From Macrostomum lignano (taxonomy: Eukaryota): a DNA stretch of 64,000 bases. Under the pieces are notes generated by a model. That model was not told the DNA's origin and ran no database searches. It saw only the letters and a list, made by a program, of their open reading frames with translations. A program made the position numbers and the translations under genes. Of this stretch, positions 24,601 to 36,300 are shown piece by piece. Position 1 is the stretch's first letter. Each line of letters opens with the position of its first letter. Where the stretch lies: positions 34,986 to 98,985 of the forward strand of contig NIVC01003415.1 of assembly GCA_002269645.1 (NCBI GenBank), given 5' to 3'.

Positions 24601-27600
24601 AGACTGGCAAACTGTGAGACTGGCAAACACACAGTGAGACTGGCAAATAGGCAGTGAGACTGGCAGGCAATCACATTAAACCTCGACCGACTGAATGACA
24701 GCAGACGAAAGCACCTCTCGGGGAGCATCTCTCCGCCAGAAAAGCTTCCTACAGACGAGCCGTGCCTAATAGTCTTCCCTCCTCCCCTAGGCCTGGATGA
24801 TGAGCCATCGGCAGCTGGCGAAGCCGAGGCGGCCAGCTCCGAGCCCAGGGGCGGAGGCCTCACGGAAGTTCAGCGGCACCAGCTGCGCCATCGAGAGCTG
24901 TTCCTATCCCGCCAGGTGGAGACCCTACCGGCCACAACCATCCGGGGAAAGTGCGCCGTGACCCTGCTGAACGAGACCGAGGCCCTGACCTCCTATCTGG
25001 CCAGGGACGACGCCTTTTATTACACCCTGACCTACGACACCGCGCAGAAGAGTTTACTGGCCGATCGCGGCGAAATCCGGGTCGGCGGCCGCTACCAGGC
25101 CGAGGTTCAACCGTTGCTAGGCGACGGAGAATCCGACGGCCGCGACCTGGCCCAGCTGGAGGAGCTGGTCTGGCGGCCAGATCACGGCCTGTCCGATGCC
25201 GACATTGACAAGTACCTGCTGGTGGCTCGGTCGGTAGGCTGCCTGGCCCGAGCTGTGGACGCCTGCAGCTCGGTGCGTCAGCCCGGACTGGCGGCTGCTG
25301 CGGCCGCGGCTAGTCGCGACTACACCCAGGTTTGTGGCCGGCTTACTTGGGCTTCCGGCGCTCTAGAGATATGAAATTCAATAAATAGGGATTTGGGTCC
25401 TCGGAACATTAATATTTCGGGATCTAGGATGCGAGGAATCACTGGGATTCGGAAATTAAGATTCAATAGGGGATTCCGGGATTAGAATTCGAGATCTGGG
25501 GTTCGGGGATTAGGATTCGGAACCTGGGATTCGGGATCTGAGATTTGGGATTAGGATTCGGAACCTGGGATTCGGGATCTAAGATTTGGGATTAGGATTC
25601 GGAACCTGGGATTAGGGGATTTGAGATTTGGGATTAGGATTTGGAACCTGGGATTCGGAACCTGGGATTCGGGATCTGAGATTTGGGATTAGGATTCGGG
25701 ATTAGGGATTAAAATTCGGGATTTGGGATTAGGATTCGGATTCTGAGATTAGGATTCGGGATCTGGGATTAAGGGATTAGGATTCGGGATCTGGGGTTCG
25801 GGATTTTGATTCGGGATCTGGGATAAGGGAATTAGGATTCGGAATCCGAGACTTGAAGAAGAGGCTTGGTAAGTTCGTAGTTTTAGATTAGCATCCCTGT
25901 ATTTGTTAGTGACTTTAGGACTTCTACAGCACAAAAGCATCAAACCGCCTCAAACTCGGCATTTCCAGGCCCACGCCTACCGAATGCTGCACTCGTCCAA
26001 GTACGATCTGGGCCGGGCCTTCTGCCGGCTGGTGACCGACTCTGGGCCCGTGCTGTGCCGCGACCAGCTGGAGGACTGGTCAGCTAGCGAGTGCAACCTG
26101 TTCGAGGAGGCCATGAACAAGTTCGGCAAGGACTTTAACGAAATTCGGCGCGACTATCTTTCTTGGAAATCTATGCGCTCGATAGTGGAGTACTTCTACA
26201 TGTGGAAGACTACGGATAGATACGTGCAGCAGAAGCGCTTGAAGGCCTCGGAAGCTGAGAAGAAACTGAAGCAGGTTTGTTTGTTTACTTTTAGTTTTTT
26301 GGCATTAAAATGCTTCAACTATTCAGTCGGCGCCAATTCTATTTATCTTTTGGCGTGAATTCTACCCAGCAAGAACCCCATCCCCAGGTGTACATTCCCA
26401 ACTACACGAAGCCCAACTCCGATCCCCAGATGTACATTCCCGACTACACGAAGCCCAACCCCATCCCCAGGTGTACATTCCCAACTACACGAAGCCCAAC
26501 CCCATCCCCAGGTGTACATTCCCAACTACACGAAGCCCAACCCCCATCCCCAGGTGTACATTCCCAACTACACGAAGCCCAACCCCATCCCCAGGTGTAT
26601 ATTCCCAACTGCACAAAGCCCAACCCCCATCCCCAGGTGTGCATTCCCAACTACACGAAGCCCAACCCCCATCCCCAGGTGTACATTCCCAACTGCACAA
26701 AGCCCAACCCCATCCCCAGGTGTGCATTCCCAACTGCACAAAGCCCAACCCCATCCCCAGGTGTGCATTCCCAACTACACGAAGCCCAACCCCCATCCCC
26801 AGGTGTACATTCCCAACTACACGAAGCCCAACCCCCATCCCCAGGTGTACATTCCCAACTACACGAAGCCCAACCCCATCCCCAGGTGTATATTCCCAAC
26901 TGCACAAAGCCCAACCCCCATCCCCAGGTGTGCATTCCCAACTACACGAAGCCCAACCCCCATCCCCAGGTGTACATTCCCAACTGCACAAAGCCCAACC
27001 CCATCCCCAGGTGTACATTCCCAACTGCACAAAGCCCAACCCCCATCCCCAGGTGTGCATTCCCAACTACACGAAGCCCAACCCCCATCCCCAGGTGTAC
27101 ATTCCCAACTGCACAAAGCCCAACCCCATCCCCAGGTGTGCATTCCCAACTGCACAAAGCCCAACCCCATCCCCAGGTGTGCATTCCCAACTACACGAAG
27201 CCCAACCCCCATCCCCAGGTGTACATTCCCAACTACACGAAGCCCAACCCCCATCCCCAGGTGTACATTCCCAACTGCACAAAGCCCAACCCCCATCCCC
27301 AGGTGTGCATTCCCAACTACACGAAGCCCAACCCCCATCCCCAGGTGTGCATTCCCAACTGCACAAAGCCCAACCCCATCCCCAGGTGTACATTCCCAAC
27401 TACACGAAGCCCAACTCCCATCCCCAGGTGTACATTCCCAACTGCACGAAGCCCAACCCCCATCCCCAGGTGTACATTCCCAACTGCACAAAGCCCAACT
27501 CCCATCCCCAGGTGTACATTCCCAACTGCACGAAGCCCAACCCCATCCCCAGGTGTACATTCCCAACTACACGAAGCCCAACCCCATCCCCAGGTGTACA

Positions 27601-30125
27601 TTCCCAACTACACGAAGCCCAACCCCATCCCCAGGTGTACATTCCCAACTACACGAAGCCCAACCCCCATCCCCAGGTGTACATTCCCAACTACACGAAG
27701 CCCAACCCCATCCCCAGGTGTATATTCCCAACTGCACAAAGCCCAACCCCCATCCCCAGGTGTGCATTCCCAACTACACGAAGCCCAACCCCCATCCCCA
27801 GGTGTACATTCCCAACTGCACAAAGCCCAACCCCATCCCCAGGTGTGCATTCCCAACTGCACAAAGCCCAACCCCATCCCCAGGTGTGCATTCCCAACTA
27901 CACGAAGCCCAACCCCCATCCCCAGGTGTACATTCCCAACTACACGAAGCCCAACCCCCATCCCCAGGTGTACATTCCCAACTACACGAAGCCCAACCCC
28001 ATCCCCAGGTGTATATTCCCAACTGCACAAAGCCCAACCCCCATCCCCAGGTGTGCATTCCCAACTACACGAAGCCCAACCCCCATCCCCAGGTGTACAT
28101 TCCCAACTGCACAAAGCCCAACCCCATCCCCAGGTGTACATTCCCAACTGCACAAAGCCCAACCCCCATCCCCAGGTGTGCATTCCCAACTACACGAAGC
28201 CCAACCCCCATCCCCAGGTGTACATTCCCAACTGCACAAAGCCCAACCCCATCCCCAGGTGTGCATTCCCAACTGCACAAAGCCCAACCCCATCCCCAGG
28301 TGTGCATTCCCAACTACACGAAGCCCAACCCCCATCCCCAGGTGTACATTCCCAACTACACGAAGCCCAACCCCATCCCCAGGTGTACATTCCCAACTGC
28401 ACAAAGCCCAACCCCATCCCCAGGTGTGCATTCCCAACTACACGAAGCCCAACCCCATCCCCAGGTGTGCATTCCCAACTGCACAAAGCCCAACCCCATC
28501 CCCAGGTGTACATTCCCAACTACACGAAGCCCAACTCCCATCCCCAGGTGTACATTCCCAACTGCACGAAGCCCAACCCCATCCCCAGGTGTACATTCCC
28601 AACTGCACAAAGCCCAACTCCCATCCCCAGGTGTACATTCCCAACTGCACGAAGCCCAACCCCATCCCCAGGTGTACATTCCCAACTACACGAAGCCCAA
28701 CCCCATCCCCAGGTGTACATTCCCAACTACACGAAGCCAACCCCATCCCCAGGTGTACATTCCCAACTACACGAAGCCCAACCCCATCCCCAGGTGTACA
28801 TTCCCAACTGCACGAAGCCCAACCCCCTTCTCCAGGTGTACATTCCCAACTGCACGAAGCCCAACCCCCTTCTCCAGGTGTACATTCCCAACTATACGAA
28901 GCCAAATCCCGGCGTGCTGTACAATCGGCCGGAGCTGCCGGGCTCCAGCCGCTGCTGCGAGAGCTGCTCAGGCACTGCCACCTCCAACGGTCAGTGGTTC
29001 GCCTGGGGCCCCCCGCACCTGTCCTGCCGCCTGTGCTCATCCTGCTGGAACTATTGGAAACGGTACGGCGGATTGAAGAATCCAACACGAGCGGAGAAGT
29101 CGCCCAGCCCGGCCCCGTCAGCTGCTAGCGGCGCCGGCAGCTCCGGCCGGGTGTTCCGCTGCCCGGTGGTGGACTGCGACAAAGAGTTTCGCCTGCGGCC
29201 GCAGCTGGTGCGGCACGCGGCATCGGCGCACGGCCTTGACGAGGCCAGCCTGCAGAGCATGCAGGCGGGCAAGGTGAAGGCGGTGAAGAGCATGCTGATG
29301 CGGGCCAATGCCACCGCCCAGCTGGCCAGTCTGCTCTGCTCCGACCTGCTGCGCGTGCGCCGACTCGCCCGCCGCCCGTTCAACGCGGCCTTCGACGCCA
29401 AGCCGGCGCTGCTGGAGCTGCCGAAGCGCTGCCAGGCCGACGGTCGGGGTGTTCAACAGCTGCTCGACGCGGCGGCCGCCAGGCGGGCCGAGCTGAGACG
29501 GCGCCGATGCAACCGGCTGCCGCCTGGGCAGCTCGATGCCCGACTGCGCATCGCCTGTCCCTCGTTGGACACGGACGCGAAGCCGGACATCCTGCTCGAG
29601 CCCAGGTCGAGAGCCGCCGGGGAGGACGCAGCAACAAAGCACCGCGCGTTTGCTCCGGTCAGCTCGGCTCAGCTGGCCGAGTTCTTTCTGCAGCTGGACG
29701 AGCGCAGGGCCGCCGCCGCCGCAGCCCCGTCACCGGCTGCTCCGGCCGCCAACGGCAACTCGCTGATGCCTTCAGCGGCAACCGCCCGCAAGCGCAGTCA
29801 GCCGGAGCCGCAGCAGAACTGCGGCTTCTCGTCCGCCGCCAAAGTGCAGCGCCTGGACGCCAACGGCAACGGAAACGGCGAGGCCAGGCCGGTGAAGCTC
29901 GACTCGGCCGGAGCTGCAGCCGCCGCCGCCGAGGAGATTCTGCTGTTCGATACGAAGCGATTCCGGGCGCATCTGACCGGCGCCCAGCTGAAGCGGGCCG
30001 GCCGCCGGCCGTTCAAACTGCTGCCGGGCGCCAAGAAGCCGCCGCAGCCGGTCATCGGCGAGGAGCCACCCGTAGCGCGAGCCGCCCACGCTAACAGCAA
30101 CGGCATCGCCGTGAAGTCTGCCTGA
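21668..30125 (+). CDS. MTA: Metastasis-associated protein (MTA family, NuRD subunit; BAH-ELM2-SANT-GATA zinc finger), about 760 aa if the last acceptor is used. Exons 21668-21695, 23736-23897, 24791-25329, 25969-26274, 28878-30125
   Basis: MAANMYRVG|DYVYFE...[26 protein letters not shown] matches the MTA1 N-terminus. Other motifs: [29 protein letters not shown] (ELM2), [26 protein letters not shown]...[14 protein letters not shown] (SANT), KLKQ|VYIPNY.KPN and a GATA finger CESC...[17 protein letters not shown]. Splice phases are consistent. Confidence 0.93.
24400..24666. repeat. Intronic degenerate tandem repeat (gacagtgagactggcaaata variants)
   Basis: Directly visible in MTA intron 2. Confidence 0.85.
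25490..25850. repeat. Intronic short-period repeat (gggattc/gggatt-aggattcgg variants)
   Basis: Directly visible in MTA intron 3. Confidence 0.85.
26376..28907 (+). repeat. 41/42-bp tandem array (about 60 units) made from the MTA intron 4/exon 5 junction: ccccatccccAG|GTGTACATTCCCAACTACACGAAGCCCAA
   Basis: Each unit contains a pyrimidine tract plus CAG and the first 10 codons ([10 protein letters not shown]) of the last exon. A higher-order 1123-bp duplication is visible as identical ORF-track entries offset by 1123 nt (e.g. 26485 and 27608). Confidence 0.95.
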
Positions 30126-30344
30126 GGCGTCTATGATTGAGGCTCTGCGAGATGCGAGTAGCTCGAGTGTAACTATGATATGACTGCAGCTGTGCTTGTT
30201 TAACACCTGCAGTGTAGCAATTGACGATTTCAATTTCGCCAGGTGTGATTTGTGCTGTTTTAATTTTCCGTTGCTTAATCTTATCGAAAAAAATCGCTAA
30301 AAATATCCGCAATCTGATAAAATCCGAACGGTCCCCATCGCTCC

Positions 30345-30720
30345 CCCATGACCTTGAGAATCACCCCAATGACCTTGAGAATCACCCCAATGACCTTGAG
30401 AATCACCCCAATGACCTTGAGAATCACCCCAATGACCTTGAGAATCACCCCAATGACCTTGGGAATCACCCCAATGACCTTGAGAATCGCCCCCAATGGC
30501 CTTGAGAATCGCCTCACAAATGGCCTTGAGAATCACCCTAGTGGTATTGAGAGTCGCCCCTAACGGCCTTAAAATCACATCGCCCCCTATAGCTTTGAGA
30601 ATCGCCCCCTATAGCTTTGAGAATCGCCCCCAATGGCCTTGAGAATCGCTCCAATGACCTTGAGAATCGCCCCCAATGGCTTTGAGAATCGCTCCAATGA
30701 CCTTGAGAATCGCCCCAGTT
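30345..30720. repeat. 21-bp tandem repeat (aatgaccttgagaatcacccc), degenerating rightwards
   Basis: Directly visible. Confidence 0.9.
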
Positions 30721-31267
30721 CAACTCACCAATTATGATTACTAGTATAGCGCGGTCGTGTTTCGCAATTCGCCTGTGACCGGCAGTAACTTGGTGTCGGC
30801 TTCATATGTTTGTGACATTCTGCTTTTTTAAATAATAGAAACAGCGTCCGTTGTCTCAGTAGAATCGTTTTCAAACACTTCGCCCAATGAACTTGGCTAT
30901 AAACAATACAAAAATGTGTGAATGAATTTTGCATTTGTCTTCTGTTTCGCTTCATCTGCGTGTTTCCTGCGTTTGCCCCCGCTTACTGAATGTATCTCTG
31001 CGATGTTCTACTAATAGTAATAATAATGCAATTTTATCCTTGTCGTTTTAACATCCTTATGGCCTCGTAATCCAAGTTAATTGCTACGAGTACCACCTGA
31101 TCCGCTGCAAATAATTAATTCAAATTATCACTTGATCCTGTCCTGAGTGTTGTGTCTCAGTAAACAGTTTGCTGTGAGCGCACATGCTTTGCGCTTGCTT
31201 TTAAACGTTTTAACAAAAAATGTCTGTGAGTAAAAACTGATTGACTTTCTACTTGTATTTCATTCTT

Positions 31268-32470
31268 CTCAGCAACAGCATCATGCATTTCAGCTACAGC
31301 ATAATGTCACTTCAGCTACAGCATCATGTATTTCAGCTACAGCATAATGTCACTTCAGCAACAGCATCATGCATTTCAGCTACAGCATAATGTCACTTCA
31401 GCTACAGCATCATGTATTTCAGCTATAGCATCATGTCATTTCAGCAACAGCATCATGTATTTCAGCTACAGAATCATGTATTTCAGCTACAGCATAATGT
31501 CACTTCAGCTACAGCATCATGTCACTTCAGCTACAGCATCATGTATTTCAGCTACAGCATAATGTCACTTCAGCTACAGCATCATGTCACTTCAGCTACA
31601 GCATCATGTATTTCAGCTACAGCATAATGTCACTTCAGCTACAGCATAATGTCACTTCAGCTACAGCATCATGTCACTTCAGCTACAGCATCATGTATTT
31701 CAGCTACAGCATAATGTCACTTCAGCTACAGCATCATGTCACTTCAGCTACAGCATCATGTCACTTCGGCTATAGCATCATGTCATTTCAGCTACAGCAT
31801 CATGTATTTCAGCTACAGCATCATGTATTTCAGCTACAGCATGTATTTCAGCTACAGCATGTATTTCAGCTACAGCATCATGTATTTCAGCTACAGCATG
31901 TATTTCAGCTACAGCATCATGTATTTCAGCTGCAGCATCATGTATTTCAGCTGCAGCACCATGTCATTTCAACTACAGCATCATGCATTTCAGCTACAGC
32001 ATCATGTATTTCAGCTGCAGCATCATGTATTTCAGCTACAGCATCATGTCACTTCAGCTACAGCATCATGTATTTTAGCTACAGCATCATTTATTTCAGC
32101 TGCAGCATCATGTCATTTCAGCTACAGCATCATGTCACTTCAGCTACAGCATCATGTATTTTAGCTACAGCATCATGTATTTCAGCTGCAGCACCATGTC
32201 ATTTCAGCTACAGCATCATGCATTTCAGCTACAGCATCATGTCATTTCCGCTACAGCATCATTTATTTCAGCTATAGCATCATGTCATTTCTGCTATAGC
32301 ATCATTTATTTCAGCTACAGCATCATGTCATTTCTGCTATAGCATCATGTCATTTCAGCTACAGCATCGTGCATTTCAGCTATAGCATCATGTCATTTCT
32401 GCTACAGCATCATGCATTTCAGCTACAGCATCATGTCATTTCAGCTACAGCATCATGTCATTTCAGACAG
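31268..32470. repeat. About 21-22-bp minisatellite (ttcagctacagcatcatgtat / ttcagctacagcataatgtcac)
   Basis: Directly visible. Confidence 0.9.
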
Positions 32471-33348
32471 CACTTTTAACTATTGTAGAAATCTATTTTG
32501 CATTTCCGACCGCGTAAAAAGATATAAACATTTTAAGCGAGTTTCTAAAACCTGTAATTTAGAGTTTTGAAAAACTTTGGACGATTAACAGGTCAGTTTA
32601 TTATTGATGGAAACAGCTTGGCTTGCTTAAGTCATATAGGATATGAATCATGATACAATTCGCAAAAAGGTCGTAGGATGATTACTTGTAAGTAATTATT
32701 CAACTACTCAATACTATATATAAAGACTACTACAAATGGTTAGAGCCACTCGAATAGGGCTAAAGGGTGGAAGTCAGCCACAGATACTAAAATAACTAGA
32801 TGCGGCCATTCAGGCCTACAATACTTAGTAAAATAGATTTCTTTTAGATTAGCCTTGTCTTTGTTAACTTACTACTGAACTGACAGTAGCTTGAACGCAA
32901 ATGTGCTGAGTAGCTATTCCAGTATCTGTGGTCTGACCTGAATTCCGAATTTAAAATAATGCAAGTACGAGCCACATGCAACAAACTCTGAAAAAGACAT
33001 ACGGATGCTTGCGAGAATGCAAGATATTATTACATTATCAAAAGCAGAACTTCCCACTGGAAAGTGGTAGATTTTTAGATTGAAACAGACTTGAAAAAAG
33101 ACCTATTTTAATAGCATTTATTGACGCATTATTAAACGACTTTACACACTTAAAAAAGATTTTAACAGGAAAAAAGTCAAAAAGTTACAATTAGCTAGGA
33201 AGAAGAACTAGGGCTAGTCAGATAATGAAAAAATTCAATTATTAGACACGCCAGGCAATTAGCTGATTAGGCAGGCGATTGGATTAGGTGACCAGGTGAT
33301 TAGGCAGCAGGTTCAACAGAGAGATTCCAGCCTTCCCAAACGCAGTCC

Positions 33349-36300
33349 CTACTGAAACCGGATGAGGTACCTCGGCGCCGCCTGCTCCGGACGGTACACA
33401 ATGTACTCATCGTTCAGCACTCCTCCTGTGCCCTTCGTGTTCCGTCTGGCGAACACCGAGTCGTAGTCGGCACCATTGACGGCACTCAGGTTCAGGTGGT
33501 TCTGCGGCTTGTCGCACACCATCGTTCTCCCAAGTAGGACGTCGCAGAGCAGAAGCGACATTGTTCCGGACTCGCGACAGTACTGAATACTCTTCGTGGT
33601 GTCCGTGGCAAAGTAGATCCCTGCACCGTACATTCCACTGAGCCCACCTTGAATCCTTCTTTGATGATGAGCTCGGCGATTGCGTTTCTGGTTCCATGGA
33701 AGAACAGCTCTGGAACGGCGTCCTTCTTGACCAGCTGGCTGCTCACATCCAGAAGACGTCGGTCTAGAGCTGGGTTCTCAATCTTCTCGATGCTCAGAAT
33801 TGCTCTCACCGTGACTGAGTGCTCACTCTTGATGTACCGCATCACCCGATCGTGCACTTTGAAGTATTCGACTGCCGTGTTCTCGTCGGTCTCCGTCAGC
33901 ATTTTTCGCTTGATTTCGCTTCCATGAGCTGACTGCAGCTGGCGCAGCCTCATCTGCTTCTCCAAACCCCAACAGGCAGAGCACGACTGACCCTCAAGCA
34001 GTCTGGCAAGAGCGCAGCAAGCAACTGTCTCTTCGTGACCGCACTGAAACTTCTTGGTCACATCGGTGAGACATTCTTCAGAAAGCTCCCAGCATCGACA
34101 CTCATGGCGACAGAGTTCTCTAAATGCCTTCTCCGGACATGGAGGACAGGGCGAGGTTGAGCACACAGACTGGCATTTGTGTCCACACGGCAGCGTCTTC
34201 TCGCATGGTCTCTTACACGCAGCAAGCGACGCTGTGGAAGATTGGCTGCACGGAGTTCTGAGCGCGTGACCACACGAGAGATTCACAGTCCTAATTCGGT
34301 CACAACGTGTTTGATTCTTCCCACACGGACTCCCAAATTGCTCTTTGCATGTGAGGCACCGTTTGGAAACGTTCACGATGCACAGCTGAGGAGAGCAAGT
34401 CTCGAAACACTTCTGTGTGCATTGGTGGCCACACGGCAGCTTCTTGGAGCACGTTTCTGTGCACTTTACGATTTCGTATTTCAGTTTCTTCCACTCAAAG
34501 CACAGCATTTGCTTCACGTGTCCACACGGCAGAGTCTTTGCAACAGATTCTTGGCATGGTCCAATCGGCTGGTTGCACAGCTTGGATTGGACGTGGCCAC
34601 AGCTCAGCTGAGCTTCAACATTCTGGGTGCAGTGCTTCGAATCACATCTTTCTGAGCACTTGAGCGGACAAGGATGACCACAACTCAGCATGCGAATGCA
34701 CTTTTCTTCGCATTCAAGCTGCCTAGGGTCTGACGACAAGAAGCACTGGATTTTTGTGGTGTGTGAGCACGGCAGCTTCACAATGACCATTTTGTCGCAC
34801 CGATCATGCTCATGCCAAGGCTGGCACAGCTTCGGACAGTCGTGTTCACCACATGGCATGGTTTCCACGCACTTGCTTCTGCAGAAGACTCCCTTCATTC
34901 TAGACAATTCGGCTGCACTTCTCCAGCTGCGCTCTGTTCCGTGCTTCCGGCACACCACCGGAAAGTCGGATCGCAGAACGCCGTCCTCCTCAAAAGCGGT
35001 CAGCAACTGGCTCCACTCGGCGCACTTTCTCAGCAAAGAAGCTTTGCCGATGAAGATCAGACCGCAGTGCGACCTCGACTGCGCGACGCATCGGCGGTTG
35101 AGCGATGCGAGAAATCCGGGCTTCTCGCTGCGAACCAGCGACACAAGGACAATGTCGTTCTCGTCGCCTTGGTACACATCGATGCTGTGCACTTTGATGA
35201 AGCCTTCGTTAGCCTCATCCGCAAGTGCAGCTGAACGATTTGAAACGTCTCTCTCCCAATCCTCCAAACGTGGTCGCAGTTTCCGTCGGATGAGCCGCAC
35301 CTGGCCCTGATACGGAGTGAGGATGGTGAGCTGGCTTGGCTTGTACCCGAACCTCAGGAACGTCATCGCTACTTCAACGATCAGCTCTGCCTCGCCGTTG
35401 TTAACGTAGCTTCGCTCGCCTGACTCCGACATGTTCTCTACGTCCCAGAATGCAACGGCATTCGGCATGAACGATGGAATTTCGTGACCCTTCACGCTGT
35501 CTATATTGTCCTGCAGGTCCGGATAGACGTCGAGTTTCAGGTACTTGGAAATGTCAGGTCGCATTCGGTTCTGGAACTGAAGACAGTCAAATGGAAAACC
35601 GCAGTTGATCAGTCTCTCCATCATCGAGACATCCAGGTGGCAGTGCTTCACCAGCTCATAGTTCTCGACGGTCGGCCGAAGCTGCTTGTGATCACCGATC
35701 AGGTAGAGTCGCTCCGTCCAGTCGCCAAGACAGCCAAGAAGCATTGGCTCCATGATCTCCGCCGCTTCCTCCACAATAACTGTGTTCGGTCTGAGCTTCT
35801 TCAGCAACTCGTTATTGATTGAAGCACCCGTGATGGTCATCGCAATCACGTCGACATCTTGACAGATCTTGACATCTCTGTTCAAGTTAGCTTCCTTGTA
35901 CTCGTCTCGATGTCGTTCATACTGTCTGAACAAAAAGTTCAGTTTGGAGCTGTGTCTCGTCCAAGCTTTGTCAAAGTGGTCCAACAAGCATCCCTGCATG
36001 AACAGAAATCGGTCTTCGGGCTTGAGCTCCCACAGGTTTTGGGTGTAGCGCAACGTATGCCACTTCTCTGAGACGATTCGAATCAGTCGTTGGTCCAGTC
36101 TCACAGGGCTGGGTTCTTGCTGACTCAAGTTCAGGCTGAAGGTGGTTCGACTGTCTCCTCCTGAAGCCAGAAGCCGCTCTGTCTTTATCTGTTCCTGTTC
36201 GTCGTTGAGTTCATCCTCTTCTGCCTCTTCCTCAGTCTTGTTTGTTGTGTTACTCTTTGGGGTAGCATCTTTCGTCTGTAGCGCCTGAAGCAAAGTCGGC

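Noticed and set aside
26343-28726. Many minus-strand GW/C-rich ORFs
   Set aside because: They are antisense translations of the MTA junction array.
31326-32342. His/Gln/Ser-rich ORFs
   Set aside because: They are translations of the 21-22-bp minisatellite.
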